DNA of 64,000 nt from an uncultured Eubacteriales bacterium. Its GTDB lineage: Bacteria; Acidobacteriota; Aminicenantia; Aminicenantales; CALLJL01. The stretch spans positions 504 through 64,503 of the forward strand of contig CAZVIN010000004.1 in the NCBI GenBank assembly GCA_964627255.1. Direction: 5' to 3'. Numbering within the stretch: position 1 is the first letter of the stretch; every line of letters begins with the position of its first letter. A program made the translations under genes and the position numbers. The notes under the pieces were generated by a model. The model was not told the DNA's origin. It searched no databases and saw only the letters and a list, made by a program, of their open reading frames with translations. This document shows positions 38,179 to 48,812 of the stretch, piece by piece.

Positions 38179-40110
38179 ATGAAAATTATAAAATTAAACT
38201 CCCCTTTATGTTTTTTAACCATTCTTTTAATCCTGTTTTTCATTGCTTGTGGTTCTGGAAAGGATGAAAAAAAATCGGGTTCCTCTGAGCCCATCAGCCC
38301 TCAAGCCGCTGCTCTACAAAAAAAATTAGCCCGAGGATGGAATACCTGGGAAAACGGAAGCGTCTTAACTCATGTTCTACTGCCAGATGGTTTGGCCATT
38401 AAACTCATGCTCAAAGACCATAAATCAGGAGAAACCCTTACTGAAGCTTTGATTGGCCGAGAAGACTTCGCCTCAAGGGAACAGGCCATCCCAGGACCAC
38501 GAACCTATGATGGTTCATATACTGAACTGGAAGTAAAATGGCGAGGTATCCACATCCGGGTTCAGAGTGCGGCTTTTAATAACGAGCTTTATTTACTAAT
38601 AAGCCCCCTTGATGCTTCCCCCCAGGATTCATTAATTCTTGTTCCTCAAATGTTATGGGGAAGAAAGGGGGAAATATTCCTGAATCAGGACCAGATTATC
38701 GAGAAAACCCAGAATCGGCATATTTACCTTTATGTTAATGGAAACAGGAAGGAAACAACCGCAGATGAAATTAGTCTCTCCTTAGATAAAGCCATCACGA
38801 TTTCATCGCATAAATTAAAATCACCAGATGACATAGCAAAAGTATTGGAAAAGGCCAGGAAAAAAGTCCCTGATGGTAAGACAGTATGTCCTGAAGCACC
38901 GGAAGAATACAACGCGCTGCATAATGTTTTGGCCTGGAATACAATTTATGATCCCGAAAATGACAGAGTAATTACACCGGTGAGTCGCAACTGGTCAGCT
39001 TCGGCGGGTGGCTGGGTTTTGTTTGAATGGGACACGTATTTTGCCGCCTATATGTTAGCACTGGACAACAAGGACCTGGCTTATTCCAATGCTCTGGCCA
39101 TCACCAAAGAAATTACCCAAAGGGGATTTGTGCCCAATGTCGTCCATCCAGGGTATAAAAGTGAAGACCGCTCTCAGCCTCCGGTGGGTGCTCTTATCAT
39201 CAAAGAAATTTATAAACAATATGGTGAAAAATGGTTTTTGCTGGAAGTGTTTAATGAATTGCTTTCCTGGAATCGCTTCTGGGCCAATAATCGGGATGTT
39301 GACGGTTACTTATGCTGGGGGTCTGACCCTTATACTCCCGGAAAGCTTCCTGAGCGTTTAATTAAAGGAATTGGTACCAAGATAGGCGCACAATGGGAAT
39401 CCGGGTTGGATAATTCTCCAATGTGGGATGAAGGGGTTTTTGATACGACTAGACATCGCTTGCTGCTGGCTGATGTGGGATTAATGAGTCTTTATATTGC
39501 CGATTGTCAGAGCCTTTCTGAAATCGCTTATATTCTGGACAAACCAGAGATAGCCCGAGAACTAAAAGAAAGAGCAGAAAAATATTCCCAGAAACTCCAA
39601 ACCCTCTGGGATGACAAGTTTGGTCTTTATCTGAATAAAGACCTGGTAACCGGTAAATTCAGTTATAGATTATCGCCCACTTTATTTTATCCTCTGCTGG
39701 CCAGAGTACCTAACCAGCAACAGGCAGAAAGGATGTTAAAGGAACACTTTTATAATCCAGAAGAATTCTGGGGAAAGTATATTTTGCCTTCCATAGCCCG
39801 GAACGACCCGGCCTATAAGGATAATCTTTACTGGAGAGGAAGAATCTGGGCTCCGTTAAATTTTCTGGTATATTTAGGCCTCAGAAATTATGACCTGCCT
39901 GAAGCCAGAAAAGACCTGGTGGAGAAATCAAGAGATTTACTTTTAGCCTCCTGGATAAGAGAAAAACGTGTGTATGAAAATTATAATGCCGAAACTGGCC
40001 AGGGGAATGATGCCGGATGGAGTGACGCCTTTTATCATTGGGGGGCGCTGTTAGGATTTATGGGTATTATTGACAAAGGTTATCTGCCGCCCCTGGGAAA
40101 AAAATTATAA
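38179..40110 (+). CDS. (alpha/alpha)6-barrel glycoside hydrolase lipoprotein, trehalase/GH63/GH100-like superfamily.
   Basis: Lipobox ..FFIACGSG. GGWVLFEWDTYFAAYM resembles the trehalase signature GGRFxExYxWDxY. The C-terminal YWRGRIWAPLNFLVYLGL resembles QWDxPxxWxP. Confidence 0.5.
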   Translation: MKIIKLNSPLCFLTILLILFFIACGSGKDEKKSGSSEPISPQAAALQKKLARGWNTWENGSVLTHVLLPDGLAIKLMLKDHKSGETLTEALIGREDFASREQAIPGPRTYDGSYTELEVKWRGIHIRVQSAAFNNELYLLISPLDASPQDSLILVPQMLWGRKGEIFLNQDQIIEKTQNRHIYLYVNGNRKETTADEISLSLDKAITISSHKLKSPDDIAKVLEKARKKVPDGKTVCPEAPEEYNALHNVLAWNTIYDPENDRVITPVSRNWSASAGGWVLFEWDTYFAAYMLALDNKDLAYSNALAITKEITQRGFVPNVVHPGYKSEDRSQPPVGALIIKEIYKQYGEKWFLLEVFNELLSWNRFWANNRDVDGYLCWGSDPYTPGKLPERLIKGIGTKIGAQWESGLDNSPMWDEGVFDTTRHRLLLADVGLMSLYIADCQSLSEIAYILDKPEIARELKERAEKYSQKLQTLWDDKFGLYLNKDLVTGKFSYRLSPTLFYPLLARVPNQQQAERMLKEHFYNPEEFWGKYILPSIARNDPAYKDNLYWRGRIWAPLNFLVYLGLRNYDLPEARKDLVEKSRDLLLASWIREKRVYENYNAETGQGNDAGWSDAFYHWGALLGFMGIIDKGYLPPLGKKL

Positions 40111-40426
40111 AAAATTTTATCATCAAGGTCTTAACTAATCCCTCAAAATAAAAATTATTCAAGGCCAGGGTTTTTTCCATAATATGACTCGGCAAAAAAG
40201 TTTCAGGCTTCTGGCTAAACAGCTAAAAAGTCAAGTCCGGCTTACATTGGTTAAATCTTCTTTCACTTTTCGACCATAGGTACTTCCAGAACCAAATAAG
40301 CAAAACCTGGTGTTATAATCATGGATTAAATTCTCAATAATTACATTTAGACTTTTGGCTAAATTTAAACTGCTTTTAAATGGCGGGGCTTTTAAATTTT
40401 TTTCACATTGTGGCACTCTCTATAAT

Positions 40427-41974
40427 TTATTTCAGAGTCTTCCTGGGGAGCTTGAGGTCAGTCATAGCGGCCTCGTAAGCAAAAGCAGCCATGACCACTG
40501 CGTTTTTCATCAAATCTTCAGGTGAGAGAGTATCAAGAAAATCCAGGTTCGTATGTCCGGCTGGCCCAGCGATTCTGTCCTGAATGAACTGAAAAGCTGG
40601 AAGTCCAGCCCGGTCGAAGGGGATGTGGTCGGTGCTGCCGACACTCTTAATAGAAACAGTGGTCATACCGAAATCCTTGAACGGCTCCATCCACGCCTGG
40701 AAAAGGGAGCGCACATGTTCGTTGCCCTGGAGATAAATACCACGATACTGACCGGCGCCATAATCCTGATTAAAATAGACCTGGAATTTTTCATGATCTT
40801 CAGTCGGCGGGTTGGCCGGGTCTTTGGGATTACCGAAATGCTTCTTTACATATTCTGTAGAACCAAACAACCCCTGCTCTTCTCCACTCCACAGGGCAAC
40901 TCTTATCGTCCGACGGGGTAAAGCCCCGATTGCTTTGAGAATTCGAGCCGCCTCTAACACTACCGCACAACCGGAGGCGTTGTCGCTAGCATTGGGACTG
41001 GCATGCCAGCTATCAAAATGAGCCCCGATCATCACTATTTCCTCCTTTAAATCAGTGCCGGGGATTTCACCTAACACGTTGCAGGCTTTTTCCACGTGTT
41101 CACCAATTTTGTTTCTGATTTCCAGTTCGACTTTAACGGGAACACCTCGCTTTATGATTCGATACAGACGGTTGTAATGCTCTGGGGTGACGGCCACAAT
41201 CGGCAGTGACTCCAGAGTCTTTTCCCTTGACCATCTGTCTTTTTTGCTCTCGGGGCGAGAAAACCCAACCACTACCCCTGGACGACCACCTTCGCACTGA
41301 AAAACAGCTACTGCTCCTTCTGCTTTATAAAAAACTATTTTTTCTTCCTGAGTTAAAAGGTCTGGGTTGAGAGGAGCTGGAACTGGACGCGGGGCCGGGA
41401 CCACTTCTTCTTCCAATTTTTTGAGTTCAGCCTCGCTCAGGCGGCTTACGCCTCGTGATAGCTCAGCCTGGGTAATAGCCAACGGAGGGCTGGCCAAAAC
41501 AACGGTCCCTTTGAGCTTTCCTTTGAGCCCGGCCAACTCCGATTTCAATTTTACATCGCCTATTACCGCCGGGCAAATTACTTTCCCCTTAGTGCCTGGC
41601 GTATGCGCCAAAGGAAAACCGGTCATCGGTTGATAATCCGGTTCCAGCATATGAAGAGAGAAATATTCATTATCCCAGGTAACCCCATAATCCATATATG
41701 GTTCTATAACCACCTTCTCCAGACCGATTTCTTTCATTTTAGCAACCGCCCAGAGCTGAGCTTTTTTCATCGCCTCTGAGTTGGTGAGGCGGGCCCCAAG
41801 AACATCAACTATATAGCCAGCTATATCCATAACTTGTGAGTGCTGGAGGCCTTCTTCTCTTATTTTGGCTATGGTTTCCCAGTGGACCGCAACTTGATTT
41901 TGACCGCTTATGACTATCTGAAACGTCGAGATAAAAACAAATATAACCGCTAAAATTTTTCTAACTTTAATCAT
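40427..41974 (-). CDS. M28 family zinc aminopeptidase with a PA domain.
   Basis: HFDSWHASPNASDNASGCAVVLEAARIL (M28 metal-binding region HxDS...DN/DD-ASG), ..WSGEEQGLFGS.. Signal peptide. Confidence 0.8.
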   Translation of the reverse strand: MIKVRKILAVIFVFISTFQIVISGQNQVAVHWETIAKIREEGLQHSQVMDIAGYIVDVLGARLTNSEAMKKAQLWAVAKMKEIGLEKVVIEPYMDYGVTWDNEYFSLHMLEPDYQPMTGFPLAHTPGTKGKVICPAVIGDVKLKSELAGLKGKLKGTVVLASPPLAITQAELSRGVSRLSEAELKKLEEEVVPAPRPVPAPLNPDLLTQEEKIVFYKAEGAVAVFQCEGGRPGVVVGFSRPESKKDRWSREKTLESLPIVAVTPEHYNRLYRIIKRGVPVKVELEIRNKIGEHVEKACNVLGEIPGTDLKEEIVMIGAHFDSWHASPNASDNASGCAVVLEAARILKAIGALPRRTIRVALWSGEEQGLFGSTEYVKKHFGNPKDPANPPTEDHEKFQVYFNQDYGAGQYRGIYLQGNEHVRSLFQAWMEPFKDFGMTTVSIKSVGSTDHIPFDRAGLPAFQFIQDRIAGPAGHTNLDFLDTLSPEDLMKNAVVMAAFAYEAAMTDLKLPRKTLK

Positions 41975-42787
41975 TTTAAGCTCCTCGTTGTCATGTTTAA
42001 CCGAACACGCTTCTTAAGAAGCCTTGTCTAATAACCGAGGCTATCGGAGCTAAATTACCTCTTTTCGTTCAATAAGTTCAATCAGAAATCATAAAAAGAT
42101 TCTTCCGACTTTCTTGTGGGTAAAAATAAGACACTTTGATGAACGTTTTACCGAGATCGCCTCAGGCGGCTTTGTTGTCCATGAGGCTAATTAATGAACA
42201 TAAATAAGAAACGAGAACGGCCCAAGAGACTTTTTTCTAAAATTCTCCATCTAAAGGCTGTCTACAGCCCTTCTCGCGCCTTCAATTCTCCAGGTTTATC
42301 CCCACCAAATCCAGATGAACCTATAAAAATAGGGAAGACGTCATCATAATGAAATATGCTTCGCTCAAAGGCCCTGCCGTTTTCTACCCAATTACCCCGA
42401 TATAATAAACACATTTCCTCTCCACGAATCAAGATTAGAAACTATCTTCGGCTCTTGCGCTAAAAGGGTGGTAATTTATTAGGCGCAAGGCGGCTGTATT
42501 TCCTTTAAAAAAAAGAAGGCATAAAGTTCTAATCGGCCATGACGTATTTTAAAAGGGGAAGACGATTTATTCTCGTCCTCACCTTTGAAGGCGCCAAGAT
42601 AAAGCTTTATGAGGCCCCCTTTTTACTCAAGTAGAAAAGTTATTTAAGGCTAAAAAACGCTAAATATAGTTGATAAAAAAGCCCTGGAAGCACCCTACTT
42701 TTTAAGGATGAGGCACGGTCTTCTTGACAGAAACCGCGGACTTTTCATAAAAAGCTCTTATCATCTTATGAAAATTGGAGCAAACCA

Positions 42788-45031
42788 ATGAGATTAACAA
42801 AACGGCTTTTTTTCTTAACATTATTGACTCTTTCGATGCTGTTCTGGACTGACCTTCAGGCTCAGGATAAGAGCTCAGAGCTTCTAACCCTGGAGAGGAT
42901 TTTTGCTTCGCAGGAATTGGCCCCTGAGACCTTTGGACCAGCCCACTGGCTTCAGGATGGGTCAGCGTATACAGTGCTTGAAAATTCGGCGGCTGTGCCT
43001 GGAAGCAAAGACATCATCCTCTATTCAGCCGCCACCGGAACCCGGAAAATACTGGTGCCGGCATCGCTTCTTATTCCCCACGGTCAAACCTCTCCCCTAG
43101 CCATAGATGATTATTCGTTTTCCCACGATATGAAACGACTTCTTATCTACACTAACAGCCAGCGAATCTGGCGGCAGAAGACCCGCGGGGATTACTGGGT
43201 GCTGGACCTTGTCAGCCAGCGGCTAAAAAAACTTGGACAGGAATTGGAACCCGCCTACCTGCAGTTTGCCAAATTTTCTCCGGACGGGAAATTGGTCGCT
43301 TATGTTTATAAAAATAACATCTATCTTGAGGACCTGGACTTAGCCACCGTTACCAGGCTGACCGAAGACGGCTCTGATAACATCATCAACGGTACCTTCG
43401 ACTGGGTTTATGAAGAAGAATTTTCTTTGCGCGACGGCTTTCGCTGGAGTCCTGACGGGACAAAAATAGCTTTCTGGCAGCTTGATAGTTCTGGCGTCCG
43501 AGATTTTTACCTAATTAACAATACCGACGACCTTTATCCCAAAATTATTTCTTTCAAATATCCCAAAGTCGGAGAAACCAATTCCGCCTGCCGTTCAGGA
43601 GTGCTGGAAATTGGCACTAAAAAAATTGTCTGGCTGAAAGTGCCGGGAGATTCCCGAAATAATTATATTCCCTGGATGGCCTGGGCGGGCAAAGATAAGG
43701 TCATACTGCAGCATCTCAACCGTCTCCAAAACCGGAGTGAAGTTCTGCTGGCGGAGGCTACGACCGGAGATGTCCGCACTATTTTTGTTGATGAAGATAA
43801 AGCCTGGGTTGAAGTTAACACCGACCTCACCTTCTACGATAAAGGAAGTCGTTTTCTCTTTACCAGTGAGAGGGATGGCTGGAAACATGTTTACAGTGTG
43901 GACTTATCTGGCAGTGCCAAGTTATTAACCTCCGGCAATTATGATGTCATTCGCCTGAGCGGTCTTGACGAGAAAAAAGGCTGGCTGTACTTTATCGCTT
44001 CTCCCGAAAATCCCGCCCAGGAATACCTTTATCGAGTTCAAATTGATATACCGGGAAAACCGGAAAGAGTTACTCCGCCCGACCTCGCCGGGACTAATTC
44101 CTATCGACTATCTCCTTCCGGCCAATTTGCTTTCCATACTTATTCCCGTTTTGGTCAGCCTCCCCTTGTTGACCTCATCCAGCTTCCCCAGCATAGGCGA
44201 CTAAAAACTCTGGTAGAAAATAAAGGGTTGGCCGCCAGAGTCAATTCCCTAAGAAAACCACCAGCCGAATTTTTTAGAGTGGATATTGGTGAGGGAGTCC
44301 TGTTAGATGGCTGGATGATGAAACCACCGGATTTTGACCCGACAAAAAAATACCCACTTTTTATCTATGTCTACGGTGAACCCGCTGGCATTACTGTTCG
44401 GGATGCCTGGGGTGGGAACACTTATCTCTGGCATCTTCTGCTGACTCAGCAGGGTTACATTGTGGTCAGCGTTGATAACCGAGGCACACCCGCACCTCGG
44501 GGGCGTGATTGGCGAAAAATTATTTACCGTCAGGTGGGCATTCTGGCTTCAGCCGACCAAGCGGCCGCGGTAAAAGCCCTGATCAAAAATTACAGCTTCA
44601 TTGACCCCGAACGCGTTGGCATCTGGGGTTGGAGTGGGGGTGGCCAAATGACCCTCAATGCCCTTTTTCGCTATCCCGACCTCTATAAAATGGGGATAGC
44701 TGTGGCCTTTGTCAGCGACCAGCGCCTCTATGATACCATCTATCAGGAACGCTATATGGCACTTCCCCAGGACAATCCCGAAGGCTACAAAAACGGCTCT
44801 CCGATTACCTTTGCTCACCAGCTAAAAGGGAAACTGCTCATCATCCACGGTACGGGCGATGATAACGTCCATTTTCAAAGCTTTGAAAAGCTGGTCAACG
44901 AGCTAATTGCCAATGATAAGCTCTTCTCCATGATGATTTATCCCAATCGCTCCCATGGAATTAACGAAGGCAAAAATACTACTCTCCATCTTTACCGCAC
45001 GATGCTCAATTTCATCAAGCAGAATCTTTAA
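42788..45031 (+). CDS. S9 family serine peptidase, DPP-IV-like. Paralog of 24628-26934.
   Basis: Signal peptide. Propeller (SPDGKL.., WSPDGTKIAF). GIWGWSGGGQ nucleophile elbow. ..IHGTGDDNVH...PNRSHG triad region. Confidence 0.8.
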   Translation: MRLTKRLFFLTLLTLSMLFWTDLQAQDKSSELLTLERIFASQELAPETFGPAHWLQDGSAYTVLENSAAVPGSKDIILYSAATGTRKILVPASLLIPHGQTSPLAIDDYSFSHDMKRLLIYTNSQRIWRQKTRGDYWVLDLVSQRLKKLGQELEPAYLQFAKFSPDGKLVAYVYKNNIYLEDLDLATVTRLTEDGSDNIINGTFDWVYEEEFSLRDGFRWSPDGTKIAFWQLDSSGVRDFYLINNTDDLYPKIISFKYPKVGETNSACRSGVLEIGTKKIVWLKVPGDSRNNYIPWMAWAGKDKVILQHLNRLQNRSEVLLAEATTGDVRTIFVDEDKAWVEVNTDLTFYDKGSRFLFTSERDGWKHVYSVDLSGSAKLLTSGNYDVIRLSGLDEKKGWLYFIASPENPAQEYLYRVQIDIPGKPERVTPPDLAGTNSYRLSPSGQFAFHTYSRFGQPPLVDLIQLPQHRRLKTLVENKGLAARVNSLRKPPAEFFRVDIGEGVLLDGWMMKPPDFDPTKKYPLFIYVYGEPAGITVRDAWGGNTYLWHLLLTQQGYIVVSVDNRGTPAPRGRDWRKIIYRQVGILASADQAAAVKALIKNYSFIDPERVGIWGWSGGGQMTLNALFRYPDLYKMGIAVAFVSDQRLYDTIYQERYMALPQDNPEGYKNGSPITFAHQLKGKLLIIHGTGDDNVHFQSFEKLVNELIANDKLFSMMIYPNRSHGINEGKNTTLHLYRTMLNFIKQNL

Positions 45032-45376
45032 AGTTCATAGTGGTGGCAACAGAGAAGGAAAAATAATTTTTCCCCGATTAACATTTTTGTCTGGTTATAA
45101 GAAGGCGTAATGTGCAAAAACATCTTTACTCAACTGACCAGGCTGAAAATCATTCGCTCCATGAAAGATTCGCCTGGTTATTAGCTAAAAGGGAAAGTTA
45201 TTCCGGGAAAAAGGTGGCTTCTTAAGCCCAGAATTAGCTTCCTCTCCGAATGTCACCGGGTCAGCCCTATTCTTTGTTGGAGAATTATCCTCTTTCCCTT
45301 GAAGTTAGCCCCAAGCGGAAGCCTTCTCTTTCCTTTCTCTGGAATAAAATCGTCAACTCAGACCATCAGGGTTTGT

Positions 45377-46387
45377 TTATCCCTCATAAAAATCACAACC
45401 ATAACCCAGATTCATCTCCATAGCTTTTGCCAGTACCACTGAGGCCAGAACGATATCTTGAGCCGCTATGCCAACAGTCTTAAAGAAAGTAATCTCATCG
45501 GCGGCCAACCTGCCTGATTTTTTACCCGAAGCCACTTCGCCCAGCTCGGCCACGATGTGTTCTGGCCCGAAAAGTCCCTCTTTCATCGGGATGATCAGGT
45601 CGCCGGCTTCCTCCAGGGCCATATCTTTTTTGTCTACAAACACTCTAGCCCGCGCTACTGTCAGAGAAGGAACCTCTCGTTCCTCAGGTTTGTAAGAACC
45701 AATGGCGTTGATATGGACACCGGGTTTGATGTCCTTATCATCAAAAACTGGAATTTTAGAGGTGGTGGCGGTGGAGATAATATCGGCCGCTTCCAGCGCC
45801 TCCTGGGCTGAGCCGGCTACTCTGATTGGAATAGACAGCCGCTCTGACATTTTCCTGGCGAAAGCCGTAGCCCGTTCTTTATCCTGGTCAAAAAGTCTGA
45901 CCTCCTCTATTTTACGGACAGCAGCTACTGCCTCTAATTGAAAGCGAGCCTGGAAACCAGCTCCAAAAAGAGCCAGCCGCTGGCTTTCAGCCCTACTCAG
46001 AAGTTCGGTAGCCAACCCACAGGCAGCACCAGTTCTCAGTGCCGTCAGAGTGCTTGCTTCTAAAATCCCCAAAGGCCGGCCATCAGAAGCTTCAAACACC
46101 AGCATCAAAGCGTGACTGAAGGGAAGCCCTTTTCGAGGATTGTTCTCATAGAGGTTGATAATTTTCACGCCGAGCTTTTCGGCCTCAGGAAGATAGGAAG
46201 GCATTATTAATGAGGTACCCTTGGCCTCAAGCACATCGAGGCGGGTTCGTGTGGGAACCTCGACTTTACCTTCAGAGGCGAGAATAAAGGCCTTTCTCAC
46301 CGCCTCAATAGCTTCCTTTATCGAACACACTTGAAGAATATTTGTTGAAGAAAGAAGCCGGACTTTTCTATCGACCATTGGCGTCAC
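45377..46387 (-). CDS. Ornithine cyclodeaminase/mu-crystallin family protein (OCD, alanine dehydrogenase or ketimine-reductase-like).
   Basis: 336 aa with an OCD-family Rossmann core (..LALFGAGFQARFQLEAV.., ..HINAIGSY..). Confidence 0.7.
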   Translation of the reverse strand: MTPMVDRKVRLLSSTNILQVCSIKEAIEAVRKAFILASEGKVEVPTRTRLDVLEAKGTSLIMPSYLPEAEKLGVKIINLYENNPRKGLPFSHALMLVFEASDGRPLGILEASTLTALRTGAACGLATELLSRAESQRLALFGAGFQARFQLEAVAAVRKIEEVRLFDQDKERATAFARKMSERLSIPIRVAGSAQEALEAADIISTATTSKIPVFDDKDIKPGVHINAIGSYKPEEREVPSLTVARARVFVDKKDMALEEAGDLIIPMKEGLFGPEHIVAELGEVASGKKSGRLAADEITFFKTVGIAAQDIVLASVVLAKAMEMNLGYGCDFYEG

Positions 46388-46688
46388 CTCTCCATGAATT
46401 TATCATCCACCAAAAATGTTTTTAATTTTCGTCAATCCTTCCGGTCTCGCTATGTTTTTTAGGATTAATAATTTTTGGCCCTCAATAAAGGATTAATTTA
46501 AACTCAGTTAATAATCTTCCAGGCTCTAAACGGATTAACATCCATAGGTGGTTGGTACATGGTCAGCACTTTTATTTTGAATCAATTCTCTTAGGGCGCT
46601 CAAGATAAATCCACGAATCTTGTTAGCTCTTGGAATTTATTCACTCCCTAAATCCAAAAAATCATCTTTTTCCTTATAACTCTTTTTA

Positions 46689-48251
46689 TCAATCTTTTCT
46701 TTCTTTTTTCTTCAGTTTCAGGGCAGAGGGGCAAACAGCCAGCCCGCCAAGAGAAGTGACTCGGAGTTCAGCCGGCATAGTTTTTCCCACGGCCAGAACC
46801 GCGTCTATGGTTTCATCGAGTGGTATGGGATTCCGGTAACCACCAAGAATCAAGTCGGCACAGACAAAAGCATTGGCCGCGGCCACGGCATTTCGCGTAT
46901 GGCAGGGTATCTCACAAATGCCTTGAACCAGGTCACAAACTAAACCCATGGTATTCTGGAAAGAAATGGCCGCAGCGTCGCAGGCCTGTTTGGCCTTTCC
47001 ACCGCAGGCATCAACCACAGCAGCCGCGGCCATAGCTCCGGCGGCTCCAATCTCCACCTGGCATCCCGCAATTTCAGCCGCAAAAGTGGCCCGGCGGGCC
47101 ACCACCAACCCCACTGCTCCTGCGGCCAGGAGCGCCAAGGAAGCTCTTTCCCGGCTTATGTTCATCTCTTCGACGAGTGTGCTGATGACTCCAGGGATGG
47201 TTCCGGCTGAGCCGCCGGTAGGAGCGGCACAGACCACCCCACCCGAGGCCGCCACATGTTCCGCGGCCATCGCCCGGATAGCAGCCCGAGAGAGACGGCC
47301 CCCAGTCAGCCGACCTTCTTTTTCAGCCTGAAAAATCAAACCCGCTGTGGGTTCAAGAAGCTGCAGGTTCAAGGACTCGGCTTTCAATCCTTTCTGAACA
47401 GAAGTCAGCATGATGTCGAGGCGTCGATCTATCTCTGAAAGAACATGGGCTTCTGTCAGTCCTAAAAGTTGAGATTCATAAGCAAGAGCAACTTTTCCCA
47501 GAGAAACTCCGCCCGCAGAGGCTATAGCAATTATTTCGTCAGCGGAAGCGAAGAGAGGCTCACCGGAGACGGGAAAAGAAACCGGACCAGCCTGCCAGAG
47601 ACTGGCACCATAAATTTCTTTTAATTTTTGTCGGTCGTCCGGTGAAAGGGGCCGGCAGCGTGCCGCCCGCACTAAGATTTTACCTGCCTTGTTCTCAGAT
47701 TTTACCACTTCAAATTTAGCGTTTAGATTAAAACCTCGGTCCAGAATATTCCTGAGGGTGAGTTCAGCTTCAGCCGGAGCTTCAATTAGCAGTTCATAAT
47801 AATCACCGGAAAGGAGTACGGGCCAGCCGTTTAATTCTACGATTTCGATGGCCCCGCCCCCAACCGATTTGGCAGTCATTATCAGCTTCTTGCCAGAAGC
47901 GGATAAAAGCTCAAGCTGGACCATATTAGGATGATTGGCACCCCGAATAGGCTCGACGATGAACTCGAACCTATATCCATTGGAAGCAGCAAAGTGGAGC
48001 CCCTGAAAAAAACGCGAGTCCGTTATTTCCCAGCCCAGAAGTCCCGCGGCAAAAGCTAAATCAGAATTCTGCTCCCGAAATACCCGAGCATAGGAACCAT
48101 TCGGGTCAAAAACTATCCGGGCTGAAACTGGTTCTTCACCCAGCAGCGACCTGGATATATGACCGAGACGATAGGAGGCTGCGGTGTGGGAGGAGGAAGG
48201 TCCCCGCATTATTGGTCCAATAACATCATTGAAAATCGATACTGACTTCAT
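46689..48251 (-). CDS. sdaA: L-serine dehydratase, iron-sulfur-dependent, single-chain (fused beta and alpha domains).
   Basis: N-terminal ..FNDVIGPIMRGPSSSHTAAS. (the PSSSHT motif of the SDH beta domain), followed by an alpha domain with a Cys-rich Fe-S region (..CDLVQGICEIPC..). Confidence 0.75.
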   Translation of the reverse strand: MKSVSIFNDVIGPIMRGPSSSHTAASYRLGHISRSLLGEEPVSARIVFDPNGSYARVFREQNSDLAFAAGLLGWEITDSRFFQGLHFAASNGYRFEFIVEPIRGANHPNMVQLELLSASGKKLIMTAKSVGGGAIEIVELNGWPVLLSGDYYELLIEAPAEAELTLRNILDRGFNLNAKFEVVKSENKAGKILVRAARCRPLSPDDRQKLKEIYGASLWQAGPVSFPVSGEPLFASADEIIAIASAGGVSLGKVALAYESQLLGLTEAHVLSEIDRRLDIMLTSVQKGLKAESLNLQLLEPTAGLIFQAEKEGRLTGGRLSRAAIRAMAAEHVAASGGVVCAAPTGGSAGTIPGVISTLVEEMNISRERASLALLAAGAVGLVVARRATFAAEIAGCQVEIGAAGAMAAAAVVDACGGKAKQACDAAAISFQNTMGLVCDLVQGICEIPCHTRNAVAAANAFVCADLILGGYRNPIPLDETIDAVLAVGKTMPAELRVTSLGGLAVCPSALKLKKKERKD

Positions 48252-48669
48252 TAAATAAATATTAATAATTTATCAGGCCAATATCAATTTCATAAAAAAT
48301 CAATTTCATAGAAAAAAAGATTAAGCAATAATGTGAAGGCACGGCCTTAATTCATTTTATTTTTGATTGCAGCTATTTTTATTTCCCCCGCCTCTTCCTC
48401 CTGTTTCATCAGATGCCGGTAGACGCTATCAAAACAATCATCCGCCTATCGTCCGGAAGATTCGTCGACCTTATTTCCTGAACCTTCAGAATATACTCGC
48501 CACGCTATCCTGGATTTTGACCCGACCCTTGATCTCTAAGCAATTAAATCCGATGAATATTATTTAAACGAGGCGCCAAGATTGGTCGGAGGAAGCAGGC
48601 GAAAGGATGAGAAAAGAGCTTCCCCTCGATAGCCCTAAAAATTAGGTAAATAAAAATTAGGTAAATATG

Positions 48670-48812
48670 TAAGCTGGCACCGATTTTAGAAAAGGCATCG
48701 ATTTTATGAAATAGATTCAATTTTAGAGCAAGAATAGACCCTGCTAACTAACTGGGAGCTGAAACGATGGAGAGCTGACGATGGGTTTTTGGCCAACAAA
48801 ATTTGACACGCC
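48670..48812 (+). mobile_element. Third, short 3' remnant of the IS256-family element (last ~80 bp of the transposase gene plus right terminus).
   Basis: ...TTAGAGCAAGAA...CTGCTAACTAA...GATGG..TTTGGCCAACAAAATTTGACACGCC parallels 470-577 and 3120-3203. Confidence 0.55.

Noticed and set aside
42724-42752. TTGACA ... CATAAA promoter-like element upstream of the S9 peptidase gene.
   Set aside because: The -10 match is weak (4/6) with an 18-bp spacer. It is plausible but not distinctive enough to call as a feature.
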